Of a stretch of DNA of 6,287 nt, positions 1 to 5,959 are shown one piece after another. Source of the stretch: a virus (taxonomy: Monodnaviria > Loebvirae > Hofneiviricota > Faserviricetes > Tubulavirales > Inoviridae); the IMG/VR virus record IMGVR_UViG_2695420792_000001, positions 1 through 6,287 of that record; one strand, given 5' to 3'. A program made the position numbers and the translations under genes. The notes below the pieces were generated by a model that had not been told where the DNA came from, made no database searches, and saw only the letters and a list, made by a program, of their open reading frames with translations. The first letter of the stretch is position 1, and each line of letters starts with the position of its first letter.

Positions 1-84
1 TTCGGGGGAAAAACGAGTATTTTTAGTCATCCTGTTTACCTCTTTCTCAGGAAGTTTAGTCTCCAGGATTCCCGGGGCGGTTCA
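1..84 (-). mobile_element. Partial IS3-family insertion sequence (IS629/IS1203-like), orfA-proximal terminal inverted repeat end; element body extends leftwards out of the window
   Basis: Bases 1-84 are the exact reverse complement of 5960-6043, which contains the terminal repeat TGAACCGCCCCGGGAATCCTGGAGA and the start of the transposase OrfA ([11 protein letters not shown]...). The element terminus is at position 84 (…TCA on the + strand). Confidence 0.85.
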
Positions 85-118
85 GGTTTCGATATCGATT
101 AAAGGTTCGATTCTGAAA

Positions 119-1048
119 ATGTCGGGAAATCCATCCCGATGGAACAGACTGGACAATTTGTTTGGTCACACTTCTGTTGATGCCTGTGTGCAGGTATACA
201 ACCGGATCCTGAATGACCTTGGTCTGCCGGAATTCACAAAATGTACGAAATTGTGGCAGAGACAGGCAAGTGAAACTGAAAAGGCCGGAACGGTTACTGA
301 TGGCGCATGTATTCGTGAAATTCACATTACATCCAACCGAACAGTCGGAGCAGATAATGTAGATGACTATATATCGGGCCTTTCAACATTACGGTATCGC
401 AATAGTGAGCCGCGATTACACAGCAACGGTAAATCAGTTGACTGGCTATCCAAAAAAGGAAACGCCTTGCTCATTTATCCGACTGTATATAATAAAGCAC
501 ATGAAATTAAGCTTCACTCCCTTAATAAAATAAAGAATAAATTCGGGGATTCATCAGCTGAAGTTTCATACATCAAAAAGATTATTGATTTCTGTCAGGA
601 ACAGGGCGTAGTCAGATTTGAGCAAAAACTTAAATCCCGGTATCTGCAACGTAACCATCTTATTTACTGGGGGCTTTCCGACTATTCAATACTCAATAAT
701 TTACATGATGATTTTTTAGCTCTTGATAAAAAGCTTATGGTGACGTCGATGGATTTTGAAACGATTAGTGAACATTTAATCAGTGAAGGCATTGTTGACT
801 CAACTCGATCAGCGAATACCACTGCGATGTATGCTATCCAGTGGATGCACGGTCACTCATTTGATTTTTCTAAAACACAGGTGCAAACCCATCGTGCCAG
901 GCTTAGAAAAATAGGTATTGACATTGCTCAGCGATGTAATATTTCCAAATTTAGCCCCGTTATTGTTAAGAAAGTGAGAGAAGTATCAGTAAGTGAATGC
1001 TTTATTCCATCATGGTATGTGAAACCACGTTATTTGCATGTTGCATAA
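119..1048 (+). CDS. Replication initiation protein (gene II-like), 5'-truncated by the IS insertion; reading frame is open upstream to the IS junction at 85 and into the IS, so Met119 is not the native start
   Basis: Large ORF immediately upstream of the gene V homologue, as in the Ff gene order. The frame has no stop between position 29 and 1048, so it runs across the IS junction. It contains a Y-x3-Y-x-K motif (IYPTVYNK, nt 476-496) reminiscent of catalytic tyrosine motifs in rolling-circle initiators. No direct sequence alignment is possible from memory. Confidence 0.55.
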   Translation: MSGNPSRWNRLDNLFGHTSVDACVQVYNRILNDLGLPEFTKCTKLWQRQASETEKAGTVTDGACIREIHITSNRTVGADNVDDYISGLSTLRYRNSEPRLHSNGKSVDWLSKKGNALLIYPTVYNKAHEIKLHSLNKIKNKFGDSSAEVSYIKKIIDFCQEQGVVRFEQKLKSRYLQRNHLIYWGLSDYSILNNLHDDFLALDKKLMVTSMDFETISEHLISEGIVDSTRSANTTAMYAIQWMHGHSFDFSKTQVQTHRARLRKIGIDIAQRCNISKFSPVIVKKVREVSVSECFIPSWYVKPRYLHVA

Positions 1049-1060
1049 GAGGATATTTAA

Positions 1061-1348
1061 ATGATTAAGATTGAAATTAAACAGTCTCAGGCCATTGCCG
1101 ATACGCGTTCTGGCGTGTCGAAGTCGACCGGGCAGGCGTATACAATTAATGAGCAGTCTGCATATATTTTTCTTGGCCAGGATTATCCACAACTCTTCAA
1201 GTTGAATCTTGACGCGGGTCAGGCACCATACCCGGCGGGATTATATACATTACATCCATCCAGTATTTACGTCGGTGATTTCCAGAAATTACGGGTAGGA
1301 AGAATCGTTCTGATTCCATATCAGGAAAATAAAGAACAGACTAAATAA
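1061..1348 (+). CDS. ssDNA-binding protein, Ff gene V protein homologue
   Basis: The 95-aa product MIKIEIKQSQA..TRSGVS...YTINEQ..Y..LG..YP.L.K..LD.GQ.PY..GLYT.H.SS..VG.F aligns along most of its length with recalled M13 gVp (MIKVEIKPSQAQFTTRSGVSRQGKPYSLNEQ...GLYTVHLSSFKVGQF). RBS AAGAGGA sits about 8 nt upstream. Confidence 0.9.
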   Translation: MIKIEIKQSQAIADTRSGVSKSTGQAYTINEQSAYIFLGQDYPQLFKLNLDAGQAPYPAGLYTLHPSSIYVGDFQKLRVGRIVLIPYQENKEQTK

Positions 1349-1357
1349 GGTATCGCT

Positions 1358-1576
1358 ATGGCTTCTCAGAATATAATGACTGGTAAGATTTGTGATGGCA
1401 ATACTGAGCAGAACTGCCAGATAATAACATTAAATTCCTCTGAGTTGCCATATCAGCAGCTCCCTCCGGCAGAAGATATTGCACTGGTATGGGGAACTGC
1501 TTTTACCTCTGTAATCGTCCTTTATTTAGTATCACACTGTATTGGACTCGTTTTAAATATGATAAAGAGAGCCTAA
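1358..1576 (+). CDS. Small protein with C-terminal hydrophobic segment, in the position of Ff genes VII/IX (putative minor virion cap protein)
   Basis: 72-aa ORF between the gene V and gene VIII homologues. It has a hydrophilic N-terminal half and one C-terminal hydrophobic helix (ALVWGTAFTSVIVLYLVSHCIGLVL). An AGG motif lies upstream. The call rests on synteny only. Confidence 0.4.
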   Translation: MASQNIMTGKICDGNTEQNCQIITLNSSELPYQQLPPAEDIALVWGTAFTSVIVLYLVSHCIGLVLNMIKRA

Positions 1577-1578
1577 TT

Positions 1579-1800
1579 ATGAAAAAGACCATTTTGAAAT
1601 CAGCTGTTGTTATTGCTTCCGTAGTACCTTTTCTGGCTAATGCAGCAGAGTCTGCCGGAGTGGATTTTACTGCATTGACTAATGCAGTGTCATTCGACAG
1701 TGTAATTGTGGCAATTATGTCCGTAGCCGGCATTTTGGTTGGTCTTTATGCCTCCATTGCCGGGGCAAAAACAGTTCTGCGTATGATCCGTGGGGCCTGA
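1579..1800 (+). CDS. Major coat protein precursor (gene VIII-like), 73 aa
   Basis: MKKTILKSAVVIASVVPFLANA is a signal peptide with an A-x-A cleavage site. The mature part has an acidic N-terminus (AESAGVDF), a hydrophobic core and a basic C-terminus (KTVLRMIRGA). Length equals the 73-aa M13 pVIII precursor. I prefer the ATG at 1579 to the ORF-track start at 1489, which would overlap the preceding gene. Confidence 0.8.
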   Translation: MKKTILKSAVVIASVVPFLANAAESAGVDFTALTNAVSFDSVIVAIMSVAGILVGLYASIAGAKTVLRMIRGA

Positions 1801-1807
1801 TAATACG

Positions 1808-1825
1808 GGCAGGGGAAACCCTGCC
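1808..1825 (+). terminator. Stem-loop downstream of the major coat protein gene (GGCAGGG-GAAA-CCCTGCC), candidate intrinsic terminator
   Basis: A perfect 7-bp GC-rich stem with a GAAA tetraloop begins 8 nt after the gene VIII stop. The downstream T tract is weak (TTCAGGAGTTTCTG). Ff phages carry a terminator at this position between genes VIII and III. Confidence 0.45.
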
Positions 1826-1922
1826 TTCAGGAGTTTCTGTGATATTACATTTCTGGCTAATTACCTGTTTTCTCTGGGGTCTTCTTTGTGCCTGGGCAGT
1901 TATAAAAGGATTAGGAGGGTAA

Positions 1923-3188
1923 ATGAAAACTCTTTTAATTGCATTGTTGTTATCTATCATTAGCTTTTATTCATACAGTGCAGAGAACGCAGCTGTTATT
2001 AATCAGACCATTTCAGGAACCATTAAAAACAAAATTACACAGCGTGGTTTCTCAGCGAATGATCCTCGATACTACGGAACATTAAAAGGTATTTCAGGTT
2101 ATCTAAATTCTACCGCTTCAGGTTCGAAAGCTTATACCGTTGCAGGTGTCTCTGGTCGTTCGTGGTTATCAGTTGGACTCAGAGGGGCTTTGTTAAGCCG
2201 CGGTACGCTTATAGCTCTTGCCGCTTCCGGTGCGGTGGCATGGCTAATTGAGACTGAGGACTCCGTACAAATCAAAGTAAAAGAAATAACGGGAGAGCAG
2301 GGTGTTAAAGGGTTTTACTGGAATATTGGCGCAGAAAGCTATGTTACAGCAACTGAGGGAGCTCAGTCGATATGCCAGCATAATCCGGCGTTCTGTCAGA
2401 CATACATAGTTGAGCAATATAATGCAGACCCGACAAGGTCTGATTTAAGAACCATCAAATTTTATATTGATTCATCTAAAACACAGCTTTGGGCATCACG
2501 AACTGCAAACCTTGTTTCCTGCGGTACAAATAAGGTTATGCCTACATGTCAGCCTGATTATGTGCCGGGTAGTAATGAAGTAATTAAAACCGTTAGCGTA
2601 CAGGATGCTATTAATAGCATTTCAGATACGGAAATGCAGACAGATCTTTCGCCAGAAGTTATTTCTGATGTTGTAAATAATGCATGGCAAAAAGCAGCCT
2701 CCGAAGCAGGGTATTCTGGTTTTGCATACGACCACACCAGACCAGTGACAGCGCGTGATGTAACTGCTTCAACTGGTGCTGCAAAGCCCGCTGTATCTGA
2801 CTTTCTCAAACCGTCAGACAAACCCGATTTTACACTACCTGCTGACACAACAGGGACAACACCAACCAATCCATCGACAGGAGAACAGGTTAATCTTGGT
2901 GATGATCCTGGTATTGGGCCGCCTGAACTGGAAAATATACCTGCAGGTACTGAAATTTTATCTCCATTATTATCATTCAACCCCTTTGAAGATTCAGCCG
3001 ATGCACTTAATGCAGAAAGCGAAAGAATTAAATATGCGGAGTGTCCAAAACCTGTACTGGATGTTTTTAACGGACAATATAAGTTAGAAACACATTGTAC
3101 ATTATTAAATAATAACGCTGCGATGATTGGTGTTATTTTTCTGTTCATTTACTCAATAGCAGCGTTCAGAATTATCCTTTCTGCATAA
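1923..3188 (+). CDS. Adsorption/minor coat protein (gene III-like), 421 aa
   Basis: Strong RBS AGGAGG about 5 nt upstream. The signal peptide MKTLLIALLLSIISFYSYSAE resembles the recalled M13 pIII leader (MKKLLFAIPLVVPFYSHSAE). The C-terminus has two Cys (ECPKP...THCTLL) followed by a membrane anchor (AAMIGVIFLFIYSIAAFRIIL), as in M13 pIII. A Pro/Thr/Gly-rich linker lies in the middle. Size matches pIII (424 aa). Confidence 0.85.
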   Translation: MKTLLIALLLSIISFYSYSAENAAVINQTISGTIKNKITQRGFSANDPRYYGTLKGISGYLNSTASGSKAYTVAGVSGRSWLSVGLRGALLSRGTLIALAASGAVAWLIETEDSVQIKVKEITGEQGVKGFYWNIGAESYVTATEGAQSICQHNPAFCQTYIVEQYNADPTRSDLRTIKFYIDSSKTQLWASRTANLVSCGTNKVMPTCQPDYVPGSNEVIKTVSVQDAINSISDTEMQTDLSPEVISDVVNNAWQKAASEAGYSGFAYDHTRPVTARDVTASTGAAKPAVSDFLKPSDKPDFTLPADTTGTTPTNPSTGEQVNLGDDPGIGPPELENIPAGTEILSPLLSFNPFEDSADALNAESERIKYAECPKPVLDVFNGQYKLETHCTLLNNNAAMIGVIFLFIYSIAAFRIILSA

Positions 3189-3197
3189 AGGTGATTT

Positions 3198-3485
3198 ATG
3201 TTTGGCATCATGACCTCTGTTTTATATGGCGTTCTTGGGTTTTTATTGCGCTCAGTTATTGTGAAGTTTACGGTGTTTTTTGCATTGTATTTTATTGTGC
3301 AGGAATTCGTGCCGCTTATTCTCGATATGGTTAATCGCCAACTCCCACTTCTTGCGTTAATTTCAAGTATTCCAGATAGCCTGAAATATTTCTTCTCTGT
3401 TTTTAAAGTTATAGATGGGATTAACATAATACTTTCAGCTTTTGTGACTCGCTTTATTATTCGTCGAATTCCGGTAATAGGATAA
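3198..3485 (+). CDS. Minor coat protein (gene VI-like), hydrophobic 95 aa
   Basis: Highly hydrophobic small protein immediately after gene III and before gene I, matching Ff synteny. RBS AAGGTGA upstream. Confidence 0.7.
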   Translation: MFGIMTSVLYGVLGFLLRSVIVKFTVFFALYFIVQEFVPLILDMVNRQLPLLALISSIPDSLKYFFSVFKVIDGINIILSAFVTRFIIRRIPVIG

Positions 3486-3489
3486 TTTT

Positions 3490-4515
3490 ATGGCTGTATC
3501 ATTGTATATGGGTGTGATGGGGAGCGGTAAAACATACGAGGTTGTTTACAGTGTTATTATCCCTGCGGTTTCAGCAGGCCGCCGTGTAATCACCAATATC
3601 AAAGGGATAAATGAAGAGAAAATACATGAGTATTGTCGTTCTAAATTCAAGACTAAGCAGCCTGGTCGTGTTGTTTTCGCATCGACGGATGAAATATTAA
3701 AGGATGATTTCTTCCCTTTTTACTCTGATGATGAATCTTCAGAACAAAAAGCAGCATTTTGTGAATATGGTGATCTGATTTGTCTTGATGAATTATGGTC
3801 AATATGGCCATCGGACTCAAAACTATCTGAGGCACATAAAAGATTTATTTCAATGCACCGTCATATGACACATGCTGTTAGTGGGGTATCATGTGATTTG
3901 GTCATCATCAATCAGGGTGTAGATGGTGTACCCCGGTATCTTAAAGAGCGTATTGAATCGACATACCGGATGACCAAACTAAAATCTTTGGGGCTATCAA
4001 AGTCATATCGTGTCGATGTTTTTTCTGGTGCCAAAGTATTCAAAAATAATAAAGTCAGTACTCGTAACTATCAGTACAAAAAAGCCGTTTTTGAATTATA
4101 CAAATCTTATGAAACCACTAACGGAATGGAAGCGACAACAGACTCTAGACAAAACGTTTTTTCATCCGCCTTTCTTTGGGTGAAAATTGCATTTTTATTA
4201 TTTATTGTACTGGCTTCTATATATTCAATAAGAACGGTCTGGGTGGATATTAGAGGAGAGTCAGTACCAGAGCCGAAACATACCGAACCGGAGGTTGTAC
4301 TGCCTTCATCAGAAAAGATTGCGAAACCTGATGCCCCGTACTCAAAGCGCTGGCGTATTGCCGGGGAGTTAAAATCAGATTATGTCAGCAAGGTTGTTCT
4401 TACAGACAGCAATGGTCGGTTTAGAACGCTACCGGCAAATCAGTTCGACGGAGAAGGTTTTACTTTAAGTGGAATCATTGATGGTGAAATTGTCACCTAT
4501 TTTACTGGGGGTTAA
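3490..4515 (+). CDS. Phage assembly protein pI (Zot-family P-loop NTPase), 341 aa
   Basis: The N-terminus MAVSLYMGVMGSGKTYEVV carries a Walker A motif (GxxGSGKT) and resembles recalled M13 pI (MAVYFVTGKLGSGKT). A single transmembrane helix (FLWVKIAFLLFIVLASIYSI) lies about two thirds along the protein. It sits directly upstream of the secretin gene. Confidence 0.9.
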   Translation: MAVSLYMGVMGSGKTYEVVYSVIIPAVSAGRRVITNIKGINEEKIHEYCRSKFKTKQPGRVVFASTDEILKDDFFPFYSDDESSEQKAAFCEYGDLICLDELWSIWPSDSKLSEAHKRFISMHRHMTHAVSGVSCDLVIINQGVDGVPRYLKERIESTYRMTKLKSLGLSKSYRVDVFSGAKVFKNNKVSTRNYQYKKAVFELYKSYETTNGMEATTDSRQNVFSSAFLWVKIAFLLFIVLASIYSIRTVWVDIRGESVPEPKHTEPEVVLPSSEKIAKPDAPYSKRWRIAGELKSDYVSKVVLTDSNGRFRTLPANQFDGEGFTLSGIIDGEIVTYFTGG

Positions 4516-4516
4516 T

Positions 4517-5728
4517 ATGAAATTATTTTATATCATAATAATGGTATTTATGATTCCACCTGCATTATCAAAAGGCGTTATACTGAATCTCTCAGGATTA
4601 ACGCTTAATGATGCCATTACTTTGTTTTATACTGAAGTTATGAGAAAACCGTTCATGGTTTCTCCTGAACTTATCACGGACAAACGACAAGTTAATTTCA
4701 ATATTACGCCAGATATGGATGAGTATACGTTTATTATGCGTTATCTCCAGAATGCCGGAGTCTCTGTAGCCAGAAAAAATGGTGTGGATTACTTTTATCT
4801 CCAGGAGAAAAAAGTATACGAAGCCCCGAAATATTCTTTTGTTTACACACCACAGTACCGTTCTGTTGCTTATCTGGCTGATATTCTTCAGTCACAAGTG
4901 AGCGGGTCATTTTCAAATGGTGGGCAAATAGGGCATGGCGATGTTTCTCCTGCGATGATTAAAGACAATACCGCATCCGATTTTTTGAGCAGAAATGGGG
5001 ATGTACTTGTTTTTTACGGTACGAAAAAAGACATTCAGCGGGTCGAAGATTTGCTTCCTCTTATCGACCGGGCCGCCGAAGAAGTTATTGTCGCCGGGTA
5101 CGTGTTTGAGGTTCAGACGTCTGAGCGAAATGGTTCTGGCCTGGCACTGGCTGCCAAACTTATGTCGGGAAAATTCACAATAGAAACGGGTACTGCACAA
5201 GGACTCAGCAACTTTGTCCGTTTCAGTTCTGGATCGCTCGATGCACTTTATGAGTTGTTCAGAACAGACAGCCGTTTTCACGTCGTCAGTTCGCCACAAT
5301 TGCGGGTCAGAAATGGCTCTAAAGCATCATTTTCTGTGGGATCTGACGTGCCGGTACTCGGTCAGGTCAGCTATGTTGATGGTCGTCCGGTTCAGTCCAT
5401 TGATTATCGTTCAAGTGGCGTAATTTTTAACGTTCAGCCGCAAATCCGGGCTGCTACGATTGACCTTAATATTCATCAGCAACTGTCTAATTTTGCAAAA
5501 ACAGAGACTGGGGTGAATAACAGCCCGACGCTCATTAAACGGGAGGTGAACACCGATGTTTCGCTCAAGGATGGCGACATAATTTTACTTGGTGGTCTGG
5601 CTGAGAATAAAGACAGTAATGCAGATACGGGCCTGTCATTTTTGCCGTCATGGTTCGGAACAACGGCAACTGAAAAAGCAAAAACAGACATCATTATTGT
5701 ACTTCAGGCCAGAAAAATCAGGCGGTGA
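4517..5728 (+). CDS. Secretin, phage pIV-like outer-membrane export channel, about 403 aa
   Basis: Signal peptide MKLFYIIIMVFMIPPALS. The C-terminal secretin-type region (VSLKDGDIILLGGLAENKDSNADTGLSFLPSWFG) resembles the recalled pIV C-terminus (…MDGQPLLLGGL…GVPFLSKIP…). I chose the start at 4517 because it follows the gene I stop (4513-4515) and a GGGGG RBS; the ORF-track start at 4469 would lie inside gene I. Confidence 0.88.
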   Translation: MKLFYIIIMVFMIPPALSKGVILNLSGLTLNDAITLFYTEVMRKPFMVSPELITDKRQVNFNITPDMDEYTFIMRYLQNAGVSVARKNGVDYFYLQEKKVYEAPKYSFVYTPQYRSVAYLADILQSQVSGSFSNGGQIGHGDVSPAMIKDNTASDFLSRNGDVLVFYGTKKDIQRVEDLLPLIDRAAEEVIVAGYVFEVQTSERNGSGLALAAKLMSGKFTIETGTAQGLSNFVRFSSGSLDALYELFRTDSRFHVVSSPQLRVRNGSKASFSVGSDVPVLGQVSYVDGRPVQSIDYRSSGVIFNVQPQIRAATIDLNIHQQLSNFAKTETGVNNSPTLIKREVNTDVSLKDGDIILLGGLAENKDSNADTGLSFLPSWFGTTATEKAKTDIIIVLQARKIRR

Positions 5729-5959
5729 GAGCAGGGCGGCCAGCCCCGCAGCTCCGTGAGGAGCTGGCCGTACTGAGACACCGACTGTTGATTGATTGTG
5801 TAAATCATGAACGGCGTGATTTGCGCATGCGCAAATTTCTCGTCAATTCTTATGGGGAATCTATGGCTACAAAGTTGAAGTTTATCCGACTGAAAATTGA
5901 AGATGAGTTAATCCAGCCGGTTAATAATCTGGCAGGCATTCGCGATGAGTTAAAGGCCG
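5729..5959 (+). promoter_or_regulatory. Remnant of the phage intergenic region, truncated at 5959/5960 by the IS insertion; contains a GC-rich dyad and a perfect 18-bp palindrome
   Basis: Located after the gene IV stop, where Ff phages carry a terminator, the packaging signal and the origins. Hairpin CAGCTCC-GTGA-GGAGCTG at 5749-5766, or the alternative CGGCCAGC/GCTGGCCG pairing at 5737-5770. Perfect palindrome ATTTGCGCATGCGCAAAT at 5819-5836. Confidence 0.5.

Noticed and set aside
95-104. 10-bp palindrome TCGATATCGA next to the left IS junction
   Set aside because: Short palindromes of this length are common by chance. It lies inside the gene II-like reading frame and gives no evidence of being an IS target or regulatory site.
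56-325. 89-aa minus-strand ORF crossing the left IS junction
   Set aside because: Its C-terminus (…NRPGNPGD) is encoded by the IS terminal repeat and the rest is antisense to the gene II-like ORF. It is a chimeric read-through with no RBS or homology support.
1489-1578. N-terminal extension of the gene VIII ORF as given in the ORF track (start 1489)
   Set aside because: The extension overlaps the preceding ORF in another frame and lacks signal-peptide character. The ATG at 1579 gives a 73-aa precursor with a classic leader.
1878-1906. Possible sigma70 promoter upstream of gene III (-10-like TATAAA at 1901-1906)
   Set aside because: No convincing -35 hexamer at 16-18 bp spacing (GGTCTT/GTCTTC), and the -10 element is only about 17 nt from the start codon, leaving little room for the strong RBS.
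2558-3148. 196-aa minus-strand ORF inside gene III
   Set aside because: It is fully antisense to a well-supported gene, has a low-complexity Ser/Gly/Pro-rich translation that mirrors the pIII linker, and no start context.
4469-4516. Upstream start for the secretin ORF (4469)
   Set aside because: It would overlap the 3' end of gene I. The ATG at 4517 follows the gene I stop and a G-rich RBS and begins a typical signal peptide.
4913-5299. 128-aa minus-strand ORF inside the secretin gene
   Set aside because: Antisense to a well-supported gene in a phage with single-strand coding polarity, with no supporting signals.
1010-5694. Other short embedded ORFs on either strand (1010-1192, 1503-1733, 1715-1960, 3149-3427, 3653-3835, 4734-4916, 5476-5694 on the minus strand; 2776-3087, 4995-5183, 5214-5423 on the + strand)
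   Set aside because: All are nested within, and out of frame with or antisense to, the syntenic phage genes. Ff-type phages encode all genes on one strand.
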